A DNA stretch of 64,000 nt from an uncultured Pelagibacteraceae bacterium (GCA_902567945.1 CACFOC010000001.1:20343-84342), one strand, 5' to 3'; shown: positions 17,327-26,980, counted from the stretch's first letter. Notes: a model not told the origin generated them from the letters alone. Numbers and translations are program-made.

Positions 17327-19744
17327 CTAACTTCTCATTTTTCCACCATTTGCATCGTACAAAGGTTTGTTTGTTACTCGAGCAGCATATAATTTTCCAT
17401 TAATTTCTACCTCTAATGCTGTGTCGTGCTTAGATAATTCTGTAGGTACGTAGCCGAGAGCCATACTTTTTCTTACATGATGAGCATAACCCCCTGAAGT
17501 TATATAACCAACGCATTTATTATCTTTTAAAATTGCTTCATCATTTGTTACATCAATATCTTTAGTATCAATACTCATAGTAACAAGCTTCTTTTTTGGA
17601 CCTATCTTTTTTTCATTTTGCGCTAATTTTTTACCAATAAATTCTTTATCCCAATTGATAAAAACATCTAATCCAGATTCAGCGGCAGTGAAATCAGGTC
17701 TAAAGTCAAGTGTCCAGGCTCCCCAATTTTTTTCTAACCTTAAAGACATTAAAGCTCTAGCCCCATAAAGTTTTAAGGATAATTCTTTTCCATGAGCTTC
17801 AATTTCTTCAAATAGTTTTAACTGAAATTGTGGGGCAACATAAATTTCATACCCTAGTTCTCCAGAAAACGAAATACGATTTAATATTGCGGGAACCCCT
17901 CCAACAAAAGTTTCTTTAGTATCTCTAAATTTAAACATTTTCTCAGAAACGTCATCTCTACAAATTTTAGATAATAATTTTCTTGAATTTGGCCCTGAAA
18001 TAGCGATACCATGAAAATCATCTGATCTGTTTTTGTAATTTACTTCATTATTTGGCAAGAATTTTTCAAACCATCTTCTATGCATTTCTTGAGCAGCCCC
18101 AGATCCAAAAATCATAAATTTTTCTTCATTTAAGCAAGCAACAGTTAAATCACCATATAATTTTCCCCTGGGAGTCAGCATCGGTGTTAGAATAATTCTA
18201 CCCGGCTTAGGTATTCTGCCAGCTAAAATATAATCAAGAAATTTTCTTGCTCCTTTTCCTGTAAATTCATGTTTTGCAAAATTGGCTATTTCTATTGCTC
18301 CAACTGAGTTTCTTACCGCTTTTACCTCCTCGGCTATATAACTGTGACTTCTAGAACGTTTAAAGGTAGGTTCTTCATGAGCGTCTTTTGGATTTTTTGC
18401 AAACCATAGAGCATTTTCTAAACCAAAAGAATCACCCATTACAGCTCCTCTTTCTACTAAACGATCATATAAAGATGTTGTTTTTTGTTTTCTTCCTTTT
18501 GGTAAAGTTTCATTTGGGAAAGTCATTATAAATCTTCTTTCATAATTTTCAGAAGATTTTACTGTTCCATAATCTGGTGACGCATAATTTCCAAAACGTG
18601 CTACATCCATTGCCCAAACATCTATTGAGGGTTCACCATCAATTATCCATTCTGCTATACATTTACCAACACCTCCACCTTGACAAAAACCAGCCATGAC
18701 ACCAACTGCAACCCAGTAATTTTTCATTCCTGGAACCGGGCCAATTAAAGGACTTCCATCTGGACCAAAGGTAAATGGTCCATTAACAATATTTTTTATT
18801 CCTGCCTTTTCTAACGCTGGTATTCTTTTGAATCCTATTGCTAATCTATCCTGAATATTTTCTAATTTAGGTTCTAAAAGTTCATGCCCAAAGTTCATAG
18901 GGGTTCCTTTTACTTTCCAAGGAGTAGATTTTTGTTCATAAGTTCCGAGCAACATTCCATTTGCTTCTTGTCTAAAATAAATGTTTCCTTCAAAATCAGT
19001 TCCTATAGGTAGTCTTTTATCTTTTCCCATTGCTTCAATTTCTGGTATAGCTTCAGTAATTAAATAATGATGTTCCATTGGTTGCACTGGTAAATTTATT
19101 CCAGCTAATTTACCCACTTCTCTTGCCCAAAGCCCGCCAGCATTAATAACTATTTCTGCATTCACATTTCCCTTATCTGTAATTACATCCCATGAACCAT
19201 CATTTTTTTGTTTAGTATCGGTTACAACTGTGTTGGTAAAATATTTACCACCATAAACTTTAGCTGCTTTTGCAAAAGCATATGTTACACCAGATGGATC
19301 AACCTCCCCATCAATAGGGTCCCATAAAGCTAAAAGATATTTTTTAGGATCTATTAAAGGATGTTTTTTTTTAACTTCTTCTAATGAAATAAATTCTTGA
19401 TCTAAGCCCATATATCTAGCCTTTGATCTTTCTCTTTTTAAGTAATCTGCCCAAACTTCATTAGAAGCTAAATAAAATCCTCCGCTTGGTTTAAAACCAG
19501 TCGAATGCCCAGATTCTTTTTCAATTTCTTTATAAAGGCCTATTGTATAGGCCATCATTCTTGAGATGTTTGGGTCAGAAGAAATTACATGTACATTTCC
19601 CGCTGCATGCCAAGATGACCCAGAAGTTAATTCATTTCTTTCAATTAATATGCAATCTTTTAGTCCAAACTTAGATAAATGATATAGTATTGAGCAACCG
19701 ACCACTCCTCCACCTATAACAACTACCTTGGCGTGTTTTTCCAT
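17327..19744 (-). CDS. Second dimethylglycine/sarcosine dehydrogenase family flavoprotein
   Basis: 805 aa. It has VVVIGGGVVGCSILYHL and a C-terminal GcvT-like domain (FSGELGYEIYV). It lies directly downstream of the second bhmt-like gene. Confidence 0.85.
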   Translation of the reverse strand: MEKHAKVVVIGGGVVGCSILYHLSKFGLKDCILIERNELTSGSSWHAAGNVHVISSDPNISRMMAYTIGLYKEIEKESGHSTGFKPSGGFYLASNEVWADYLKRERSKARYMGLDQEFISLEEVKKKHPLIDPKKYLLALWDPIDGEVDPSGVTYAFAKAAKVYGGKYFTNTVVTDTKQKNDGSWDVITDKGNVNAEIVINAGGLWAREVGKLAGINLPVQPMEHHYLITEAIPEIEAMGKDKRLPIGTDFEGNIYFRQEANGMLLGTYEQKSTPWKVKGTPMNFGHELLEPKLENIQDRLAIGFKRIPALEKAGIKNIVNGPFTFGPDGSPLIGPVPGMKNYWVAVGVMAGFCQGGGVGKCIAEWIIDGEPSIDVWAMDVARFGNYASPDYGTVKSSENYERRFIMTFPNETLPKGRKQKTTSLYDRLVERGAVMGDSFGLENALWFAKNPKDAHEEPTFKRSRSHSYIAEEVKAVRNSVGAIEIANFAKHEFTGKGARKFLDYILAGRIPKPGRIILTPMLTPRGKLYGDLTVACLNEEKFMIFGSGAAQEMHRRWFEKFLPNNEVNYKNRSDDFHGIAISGPNSRKLLSKICRDDVSEKMFKFRDTKETFVGGVPAILNRISFSGELGYEIYVAPQFQLKLFEEIEAHGKELSLKLYGARALMSLRLEKNWGAWTLDFRPDFTAAESGLDVFINWDKEFIGKKLAQNEKKIGPKKKLVTMSIDTKDIDVTNDEAILKDNKCVGYITSGGYAHHVRKSMALGYVPTELSKHDTALEVEINGKLYAARVTNKPLYDANGGKMRS

Positions 19745-19753
19745 TAATATAAA

Positions 19754-20800
19754 TTATAATGTTTTTGCTGCGTCGGTGTTATGTTTTTTTAAGGTTTTAT
19801 CTGTACCATGAGCATAATGCTTAGACATATCAGGATAATATTTATACGAAATAGGTTTTTTCCCCAAAGCAACTGCCATTTCACGTACGTGATGAGGTTC
19901 TGCACCACAGCAAATTCCAATAAAATTTATTTCTTTTTCCGAACATTCTTTTGCAAATTCAGCCATTTCAAATCTATTACAGTACAAATTATCTAATGCG
20001 ACCGGAAAAGCATTTCCACCCGGTATGCAATCACACCCTTCATCAGTTTGATTTAAAAATCCAGGATTTTTTTCAGTAGTTCTATACGGGACTGGTAAAG
20101 CCGCAACATGGCATGAAACACTTTTTCTGATTTCAGGTAAAAGTTTCATGGTCATTTTTGGTCCTCTAAAGCAATTTAATCCAACAACATCCGCACCATT
20201 ATCTTCTAAAATTTTACACGCTTCACCTGGTGAAATACCTTCTCTAGTTTTACCATCTCTTCTAAATGCATAATTACAAACTGCAATTAATCCAGCATCT
20301 TTTATAGCTTTAAGTGCTATTTTTAGTTCTTCGACCCAAGTGATTGTCTCAGCAATTATAAAATCAACTCCTGCTTCTTTTGCCCAAGTTATTTGTTCTT
20401 CAAACATTTTTTGACATTGAACATTACTTTTTTTATCATTGGGATCATAAACGTTTGTATTTGCAACATTTCCAGCTACCATTAAATTTAAATTTTTAAA
20501 TTCGTTTCTTGCATCTTTTGCAATTTTTAGAGCATTTTTTTGAAGTGGTTCTAGAAGTTTTTCTTTTCCAATTATTCTTAACTTTTCTCTATGTCCATAA
20601 TAAGTAAATGCTTGAACAACATCGCTTCCAGCTCTTATAAATTCTCTATGTAACTGAGAAACTACTTCTGGATGCTCTAAAACTACTTCAGGAACAAAAG
20701 CACCAGCTTGCAAATATCCTCTTCTTTCCATTGCAAAAAGATATCCTTCAGCACAGAGTATAGGACCTTTATTAAGTCTATCAATTAAATTTTCGCTCAT
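19754..20800 (-). CDS. Second betaine-homocysteine S-methyltransferase-like protein
   Basis: 348 aa. It reads LCAEGYLFAMERRGY...EHPEVVSQLHREFIRAGSDVVQAFTY with GICCGA. I see no structured leader upstream. Confidence 0.8.
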   Translation of the reverse strand: MSENLIDRLNKGPILCAEGYLFAMERRGYLQAGAFVPEVVLEHPEVVSQLHREFIRAGSDVVQAFTYYGHREKLRIIGKEKLLEPLQKNALKIAKDARNEFKNLNLMVAGNVANTNVYDPNDKKSNVQCQKMFEEQITWAKEAGVDFIIAETITWVEELKIALKAIKDAGLIAVCNYAFRRDGKTREGISPGEACKILEDNGADVVGLNCFRGPKMTMKLLPEIRKSVSCHVAALPVPYRTTEKNPGFLNQTDEGCDCIPGGNAFPVALDNLYCNRFEMAEFAKECSEKEINFIGICCGAEPHHVREMAVALGKKPISYKYYPDMSKHYAHGTDKTLKKHNTDAAKTL

Positions 20801-20875
20801 ATTTATTAGCTAATCACATTTTAAATGATTTGAAAATATAATTGTTTACAGCCTAAATTGCTGGTAATTTGAAAT

Positions 20876-21505
20876 ATGGCACAAAAAGATGTTGGAAATA
20901 AAATACCAATTTACAAATTAAAAACAACAAAAGAAGTCATGGAATACTATGATGAGTGGGGTGTAAAAAATAAATATGACAAAGATATGGTTGATTGGAA
21001 TTATACAGGCCCAAAAGAAACAGTTGAAGTTTTTAAAAAATATGCAAAAAATAAGGATGTTAAAATATTTGATGCTGGGTGTGGCACAGGTCTGGTTGGA
21101 CTTGAATTAAGAAAATTTGGATATTTAAATATTGATGGAGCAGATCTTTCTCAAAAATTACTCGATTTAGTGCCTAAAGGCAGCTACAGAAGTCTTGAAC
21201 AAATTGATTTAAATAAGTCTTTAAATAAACAAAATGATATTTATGATGCTGTAATGTGTGTGGGAACCTTTACCTTTGGCCATGTAAAACCGCCAGCTTT
21301 AGATGAATTTATAAGAATTACAAAAAATAAAGGCTTAATTTGTTTTACTATTAATGAGGGTATTTATAAAGAATATGGATTTGATAAAAAAATTGACGAA
21401 TTAAAAGAAAATAATTCTTGGAATATAAAAGAATTTTTCAAATCAGATTACATCAAAAGCAAAGATGTAAACGCTTGGTTATGTCTCGCCGAAGTAATTA
21501 AGTAA
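20876..21505 (+). CDS. Class I SAM-dependent methyltransferase
   Basis: 209 aa. The motif I sequence is IFDAGCGTGLVGLEL. Confidence 0.7.
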   Translation: MAQKDVGNKIPIYKLKTTKEVMEYYDEWGVKNKYDKDMVDWNYTGPKETVEVFKKYAKNKDVKIFDAGCGTGLVGLELRKFGYLNIDGADLSQKLLDLVPKGSYRSLEQIDLNKSLNKQNDIYDAVMCVGTFTFGHVKPPALDEFIRITKNKGLICFTINEGIYKEYGFDKKIDELKENNSWNIKEFFKSDYIKSKDVNAWLCLAEVIK

Positions 21506-21511
21506 AGAAAA

Positions 21512-21748
21512 TTATTTTAATAATTTTCTATAAGTAATTATTATAGCAAATACTACTATTAAAGCGGCAATACCTGATTCACCTAAAGTATTTAATAAAG
21601 CAACTAAGTTTTTAGTTACTTGAGAACCAAAAAAAGCTACATCAGGTCCAAATAGTATTTCAGCAAAAACTGAAACTCCTATTAAAAGTACACCTAACTC
21701 AATAAACTGTCTTAAGTAGTATCTAATTTTTACAATCCATGCATTCAT
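21512..21748 (-). CDS. Small (78 aa) two-TM membrane protein, paralog of 21869-22084
   Basis: Strong SD AGGAGA 7 nt upstream of the ATG. Shares the motif F(F/V)xS..xxN(L/I)V(A/G)L(L/V)xxLG(E/D)xGIxxLI with its neighbour. Confidence 0.65.
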   Translation of the reverse strand: MNAWIVKIRYYLRQFIELGVLLIGVSVFAEILFGPDVAFFGSQVTKNLVALLNTLGESGIAALIVVFAIIITYRKLLK

Positions 21749-21777
21749 AAATTATTCTCCTAAATATTTGACACTCA

Positions 21778-21810
21778 CTACCTCAGCCCAGAACAATCGG
21801 GCTGAGGTAG
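21778..21810. other. GC-rich 12-bp-stem hairpin (CTACCTCAGCCC / GGGCTGAGGTAG, 9-nt loop) between the two small membrane-protein genes
   Basis: Read directly. On the plus strand it is followed by CTAGG and T8. On the minus strand it sits about 30 nt upstream of the 78-aa ORF start. Confidence 0.6.
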
Positions 21811-21868
21811 CTAGGTTTTTTTTCCGTTAGTTTATTATTAAGAGGGAAAACTACCGGATGAAAAAAAT

Positions 21869-22084
21869 CTATTTGTAAAAACCTAATATAATAATAGCTG
21901 CTATTAAGCCGACTATTCCCGCATCACCTAGTGACTGAACTAGTCCAACTATATTATCAGCTATGCCGCTTACGAATGGAACATTTCCACCCAAAAGCGA
22001 TACAACGATACCTAATCCAAGTAGAGCAATTACCACATGAGTTAGGCTTCTTACTGTACCTGAGAAACCTGCAAGCATTTTCAT
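21869..22084 (-). CDS. Small (71 aa) two-TM membrane protein, paralog of 21512-21748
   Basis: The track ORF is 21869-22120. I prefer the internal ATG at 22084 (MKMLAGFSG...) because AGGGAGGTG lies 6 nt upstream. Confidence 0.6.
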   Translation of the reverse strand: MKMLAGFSGTVRSLTHVVIALLGLGIVVSLLGGNVPFVSGIADNIVGLVQSLGDAGIVGLIAAIIILGFYK

Positions 22085-22311
22085 ACTTAACACCTCCCTA
22101 AAATTAACTTGTTTAAACAAGTGCTATCGAATCAACTATCAATAGCGTTTGAGTCTTATTATCATACTATATATAGATAGCTAGCCAATTTTGATGCAAA
22201 AAACTCAATAAAATCCATGTTTTTTTTGCTTTTCCACACAATATTTTTAGGGAAAAAAGGTAGCTTTAGCAGTTATACTCTATATATACATAGTCAAATT
22301 TTCTTATAAAA

Positions 22312-22653
22312 ATGAACCTTTCGTATGCCTACATACTTCTTGCTTTTGCTATAGTTTTTGAAATTACTGGAACCAGCTTAGTTAAAGATAGCGAGGGGTT
22401 TACAAGATGGATACCCACAATTATTTGTTTAGGAACTATATGTTTTTCTTATTATCTGTTGTCTAATGTAGTGAACTATATTCCCGTTGGAATAGCTTAT
22501 GCAACTTGGTCAGCTTTAGGAACCGCTGCTATAACAATTATAGGTGTGTTTAAATACAATCAAATTCCTAATATTCCTACAATAATAGGTCTTATTTTAA
22601 TTATTATTGGAGTAATAATTGTAAACACAATGCATGATATTAAGGTGAGTTAG
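22312..22653 (+). CDS. SMR-family (EmrE/SugE-like) small multidrug/quaternary-cation transporter
   Basis: 113 aa with four TM segments. The conserved membrane Glu sits in AIVFEITGTSL. Confidence 0.8.
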   Translation: MNLSYAYILLAFAIVFEITGTSLVKDSEGFTRWIPTIICLGTICFSYYLLSNVVNYIPVGIAYATWSALGTAAITIIGVFKYNQIPNIPTIIGLILIIIGVIIVNTMHDIKVS

Positions 22654-23072
22654 TGGATCAAATATTTCATGAGATTAAAATAACTACTAACGGCCAAGGT
22701 TTGTATGATTTTACCAATCAAACAGTATCTTGGATTAATAAACAAAAAATTAATAATGGAATTTTAAATATTAATGTATTACATACTAGCGCTTCATTAG
22801 TTATACAAGAAAATGCTGACCCTGATGTATTATATGATTTAAAGAATTTTTTTGATAAATTAGCACCTATGGATAATAAACTTTATAAGCATACAACAGA
22901 AGGAAAAGATGATATGCCAGCACATATTAAGTCAGCACTCACAAATAATCAGATTACTTTAAGTATAAAAGATAAAAAATTAAAGCTTGGTACTTGGCAA
23001 GGATTATATTTATTTGAACATCGTTTGGAAAAGCATACTAGAATTCTATCTCATCATTTAATGGGAAGCTAA
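22653..23072 (+). CDS. YjbQ/UPF0047 family protein
   Basis: 139 aa. Motifs are HTSASLVIQENADPDV and DDMPAHIKSAL. The GTG start overlaps the SMR stop by 1 nt. Confidence 0.75.
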   Translation: MDQIFHEIKITTNGQGLYDFTNQTVSWINKQKINNGILNINVLHTSASLVIQENADPDVLYDLKNFFDKLAPMDNKLYKHTTEGKDDMPAHIKSALTNNQITLSIKDKKLKLGTWQGLYLFEHRLEKHTRILSHHLMGS

Positions 23073-23074
23073 AT

Positions 23075-24517
23075 ATGTATAGTAAATTTGGTCAATTTAT
23101 TGATGGTAAGTGGCAACAGTCCGAAAAGAAAGAAACTTATGATGTCATTAATCCAGCTACTGAAGAAGTGATTGGAAAAGCTTCAAAAGCATCTCCAGCA
23201 GATGTCGATAAAGCACTTAAATCTGCTGAAAAAGGTTTTGCCATTTGGAAAAAATTTTCACCCTGGGACAGGGCAAAAATTATTAGAAAAGTCGCTGATC
23301 TAATGAGAGAAAAAAATAATGAATTAGCTAAGTGGATGACATTAGAAACAGGAAAAACGATGACTGAATCACTTGCAGAAGTCAGCGGTTCTGCAGATAT
23401 TTTCGAATGGAATGCTGAAGAAACTAAAAGAATTTATGGCCAAACGGTACAAAGTAGATTTGAAAACACAAGAGTTATTATTAATTATGAACCAGTTGGT
23501 GTAGTTGCAGCTTTATCACCTTGGAATTTTCCTCTTGTTTTGGCTGCAAGAAAAATTTCGACTGCTCTAGCTGCCGGGTGTTCTGTTATTTGCAAACCTG
23601 ACGTTATTACTCCAGGTACAGTTATGGAGTTAGTTGATATTATTAATAAATGTGGAGTTCCTCCTGGTGTTGTAAATTTATTATCAGGCGATCCTCCATC
23701 AATAGCTTCGCAATTAATTTCTTCAGATATAGTAAAAAAAATTTCATTAACTGGATCTACTAGAGTTGGTAAAATAATTTTAAAACAAGCAGCTGAAAAA
23801 ATACAAAGAGTTACTATGGAATTAAGTGGACATGCACCCTTTATAGTTCATGCTGATGCAAATGTTGAAAAAGCGACCGATATGGCAATGGCAGCCAAAT
23901 ATAGAAATAATGGACAAGTCTGCATTTCACCAAGTCGCTTTTATATTCATGAAAGTAAAAAAGAGCAATTTACTAAATCATTTGTTAATAAAACACTCAA
24001 ACTTAAAATAGGAAACGGCATGGATAAAAATGTTCAACTTGGTCCAATAACTACAAAAAAAAGATTAGAAGAAATAGAAAAACTTGTTGAAATAACAAAA
24101 AAAGAGGGCGCTAAAGTATTATGTGGTGGTAAGAGACCATCAGGTTTTAATAAAGGATATTTTTACGAACCTACTGTTTTCGACAATGTAAAAGATGATT
24201 TTACAATAACGAGAGAAGAACCTTTTGGTCCGCTAACACCAATCTTAACATTTAAAGATTTTGATGAAGTTGTTAAAAAAGCTAACAATCAAGTAGCTGG
24301 TTTAGCAGCTTACGTATGTACTGCTTCTATAGAACTAGCAAATAAAACTTCTGATGCATTAGAAACAGGAATGGTGGCAGTTAATACTCCATTTATCTCA
24401 AATGCAGAAACTCCATTTGGAGGAATAAAACAAAGCGGATATGGTAGAGAAGGTGGGTCCGTTGGTATTAAAGATTATCTAAATATCAAATATACTCATT
24501 TAGGCTTGTCAGGATAA
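23075..24517 (+). CDS. NAD(P)+ aldehyde dehydrogenase (succinate-semialdehyde-dehydrogenase-like)
   Basis: 480 aa. Motifs are LSPWNFP, LTGSTRVGK, MELSGHAP and GQVCISPSR. Confidence 0.8.
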   Translation: MYSKFGQFIDGKWQQSEKKETYDVINPATEEVIGKASKASPADVDKALKSAEKGFAIWKKFSPWDRAKIIRKVADLMREKNNELAKWMTLETGKTMTESLAEVSGSADIFEWNAEETKRIYGQTVQSRFENTRVIINYEPVGVVAALSPWNFPLVLAARKISTALAAGCSVICKPDVITPGTVMELVDIINKCGVPPGVVNLLSGDPPSIASQLISSDIVKKISLTGSTRVGKIILKQAAEKIQRVTMELSGHAPFIVHADANVEKATDMAMAAKYRNNGQVCISPSRFYIHESKKEQFTKSFVNKTLKLKIGNGMDKNVQLGPITTKKRLEEIEKLVEITKKEGAKVLCGGKRPSGFNKGYFYEPTVFDNVKDDFTITREEPFGPLTPILTFKDFDEVVKKANNQVAGLAAYVCTASIELANKTSDALETGMVAVNTPFISNAETPFGGIKQSGYGREGGSVGIKDYLNIKYTHLGLSG

Positions 24518-24520
24518 TTA

Positions 24521-25480
24521 ATGCCAAAAATAGCTATTGTAGACAAAATACATCAAGATGGGATCAATTTATTAAAAAACAACTCAAAGTTTGAATGTGA
24601 AATTATTGAAGATTTATCAAAAAAAAATTTGATATCTAAACTCCCTGCTTTTGACGGCATTACTCTACGCAGAGGAAAAATTGATGCTGAAATATTAGAA
24701 AAGTGCAAAAAATTAAAAGTTATTTCAAGACACGGCGTAGGATTTGATAACGTAGATATAAAATACTTAAAGAAAAATAATATTAAACTGTTAGTAACAT
24801 CAACAACAACTTCAGTATCTCCATCTGAACATATAATGTTTATGATTCTGAATATTTCTAAAGGTATCGATTTTTTTGATAAAGCCGTACGTAATGGAAA
24901 ATTTGGATCAGTTATGCATATGACGCACAATAATTTTGAATTATTAAATAAAAAAATTTTAATTATTGGTTTTGGTAGGATTGGAAAAAAATTAATTAAA
25001 AGATGTTTAGGCTTTGAAATGAAAGTTTATGCTTATGATCCATATGTAGAAAAAAACGTAATAGAATCTTTTGGTGGAATAAAAATTGATAACTTGGAAG
25101 AAGGTTTAAGAGAGGCAGATATAATATCTTTAAGCGTTCCTTTAACTAAAGAAACGCAAAATTTAATAACTCTTGAAAAAATGGAAATGATGAAAAAAAA
25201 TTCAATTATTATTAACATATCAAGAGGTGGTATTGTAAATGAGAAAGATTTAAATGAAGCGCTTAATAAAAAAATAATTTATGGTGCTGGTCTAGATGTT
25301 TTTGAAAAAGAACCACCAGATAATAATAATCCTTTATTAAAAAATAAAAGGATAGTATTAAGTCCACATGCAGCTACTTTTACCCAGGAATGTTTATCGA
25401 AAATGAGTACAGAAACTGTTCAAAATATAATTGATTTTTTTGAAGGTCGACTAAACAATAACTCAATTGTTAAGTTATAA
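24521..25480 (+). CDS. D-isomer-specific 2-hydroxyacid dehydrogenase
   Basis: 319 aa. The NAD motif is IIGFGRIGKKL, with catalytic region SRGGIVNE...LSPHAA. Confidence 0.8.
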   Translation: MPKIAIVDKIHQDGINLLKNNSKFECEIIEDLSKKNLISKLPAFDGITLRRGKIDAEILEKCKKLKVISRHGVGFDNVDIKYLKKNNIKLLVTSTTTSVSPSEHIMFMILNISKGIDFFDKAVRNGKFGSVMHMTHNNFELLNKKILIIGFGRIGKKLIKRCLGFEMKVYAYDPYVEKNVIESFGGIKIDNLEEGLREADIISLSVPLTKETQNLITLEKMEMMKKNSIIINISRGGIVNEKDLNEALNKKIIYGAGLDVFEKEPPDNNNPLLKNKRIVLSPHAATFTQECLSKMSTETVQNIIDFFEGRLNNNSIVKL

Positions 25481-26806
25481 TTAACAATCTAACGTATTTA
25501 TTTTTTCCCATTCTGTTATAGGGTCTTTTTTAGAAAAAGTTTCTTTTGAATTAAAATCCTTTAATTCATTTTGTTTTAATTTTAAATAACTTGTTACATT
25601 TTTTTCACCAAAAGCAGATAATAGAGGTTCATTATTGCTTAAATGTTCCAAAGCCTCTTCTAAATCTGAAGGAAGTTTTTTTAAATTTGGATAATTATCT
25701 CCATCTGTATACATGTTGATAAATAAAGGTTGTCCAGGGTCACGTTTTTTTTCCATTCCATCAACCCCTGCCGCGATAATACCAGCTTGAAGCAAATAAG
25801 GATTAGCAGAACCATCCATTAGCCTAAGTTCAAATCGACCAGGGTCAGGTATTCTGATCATATGAGTTCTGTTATTCCCAGTGAAAGATATTTTACTTGG
25901 GGACCAAGTTGCCCCAGATGTGGTTACGGGCGCATCAATTCTACGATAACTATTTATTGATGGGTTAAAGAAAGCACTTAATGCTTCAGCCGAATTTATA
26001 ATTCCACCTAAAAAATTATAAGCTAATCTTGTTAAACCTAATTTATCACCTTTGTCTAAAAATAAATTTTTATTTCCATTCCACAAAGATACATGGGCAT
26101 GACAACCATTTCCTGTTAAATTTTCAAATGGCTTTGGCATAAAAGTAGCTCTAAGACCATTTTTTTCTGCAATAGATTTAACCATAAATTTAAAAAAAAC
26201 ATGTCTATCTGCAGTATTAAGGCTATCTGAATAATCCCAGTTCATTTCAAATTGTCCATTCGCATCTTCATGGTCATTTTGATAAGGATTCCATCCCATT
26301 TTAAGCATAGCGTCACAAATTTCTTTTATTAAATCATACTGGCGCATTAAGGCAGATTGATCATAACAAGGTTTAGGTTGAGTATCTCTACTATCAGCAA
26401 TACTTGAGCCTTCAGGCTTAATCAAAAAATATTCACATTCAACACCAGATTTTAAAACCATATTATTTCGCTTCAGTTTATTAATCTGATTTTTAAGTAT
26501 TACTCTTGGTGATGCTGCAACAGGTTTACCATTCATCCATAAATCAGAAGCAAGCCAACCTACTTCTTTTTTCCAAGGAAGTTGAATTAAACTATCAGGA
26601 TCAGGAATAGCAAACATATCTGCATCAGCGGGCGTCATATCTAACCACGTAGCAAATCCAGCAAATCCAGCTCCATTTTTTTGCATCTCTTTGATTGCTT
26701 CCGTTGGAACTAATTTTGATCTTAGTACACCAAACAAATCAACAAAACTAATTAAGAAATATTTTATTTTTTTTTGTTTAGCTATTTTTGATAAATCTTT
26801 CGCCAT
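25481..26806 (-). CDS. Glutamine-synthetase-family ligase (GmaS/PuuA-like, 441 aa)
   Basis: The GS catalytic domain motifs are HEDANGQFEMN, NGCHAHVSLW and NSYRR. It lies downstream of the Amt gene cluster. Confidence 0.75.
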   Translation of the reverse strand: MAKDLSKIAKQKKIKYFLISFVDLFGVLRSKLVPTEAIKEMQKNGAGFAGFATWLDMTPADADMFAIPDPDSLIQLPWKKEVGWLASDLWMNGKPVAASPRVILKNQINKLKRNNMVLKSGVECEYFLIKPEGSSIADSRDTQPKPCYDQSALMRQYDLIKEICDAMLKMGWNPYQNDHEDANGQFEMNWDYSDSLNTADRHVFFKFMVKSIAEKNGLRATFMPKPFENLTGNGCHAHVSLWNGNKNLFLDKGDKLGLTRLAYNFLGGIINSAEALSAFFNPSINSYRRIDAPVTTSGATWSPSKISFTGNNRTHMIRIPDPGRFELRLMDGSANPYLLQAGIIAAGVDGMEKKRDPGQPLFINMYTDGDNYPNLKKLPSDLEEALEHLSNNEPLLSAFGEKNVTSYLKLKQNELKDFNSKETFSKKDPITEWEKINTLDC

Positions 26807-26818
26807 GTGTTCAATTAT

Positions 26819-26962
26819 TTATAATATTAAATCTTTGTAAAGTATTAATAAAACTAAGATTACAATAAATATTGCTAGATAAAGTCCATATTTAGATTTG
26901 GGCCAGGCCATTCTTGCCATTTTAGAAGGAACTTTATTTTTATTGCTATCGTTTTCTTCCAT
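26819..26962 (-). CDS. 47-aa single-TM micro-protein immediately upstream of the GS-like gene
   Basis: The track ORF (26819-27001) runs through a terminator hairpin. The internal ATG at 26962 gives MEENDSNKNKVPSKMARMAWPKSKYGLYLAIFIVILVLLILYKDLIL. A coding call on such a short ORF is tentative. Confidence 0.35.
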   Translation of the reverse strand: MEENDSNKNKVPSKMARMAWPKSKYGLYLAIFIVILVLLILYKDLIL

Positions 26963-26980
26963 AATTTTTAAAAATTTAAT

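Noticed and set aside
20801-20875. SAM riboswitch upstream of the second bhmt copy
   Set aside because: The leader is 75 nt of AT-rich sequence. It has no GC-rich stems or AAAGC-type pseudoknot element.
21778-21823. Hairpin plus T8 as a plus-strand terminator for the methyltransferase gene
   Set aside because: It lies about 270 nt downstream of that gene's stop, beyond an antisense gene, and 5 nt separate the stem from the T-run. An intercistronic or leader structure for the minus-strand small-protein genes seems at least as likely. I kept it as an unassigned hairpin.
21512-22084. Small two-TM proteins as pilins (VirB2/TrbC or Flp type)
   Set aside because: There is only vague hydrophobic-pattern similarity. 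There is no prepilin or signal peptidase motif, and no secretion or pilus genes are nearby.
22123-22311. Guanidine riboswitch (mini-ykkC, ykkC-III) upstream of the SMR gene
   Set aside because: I looked for paired ACGR-loop hairpins or a GC-rich pseudoknot. The spacer is AT-rich with no such structure.
24553-25218. Minus-strand ORFs 24553-24930 and 25033-25218
   Set aside because: They are antisense to the 2-hydroxyacid dehydrogenase gene, which has clear NAD-binding and catalytic motifs.
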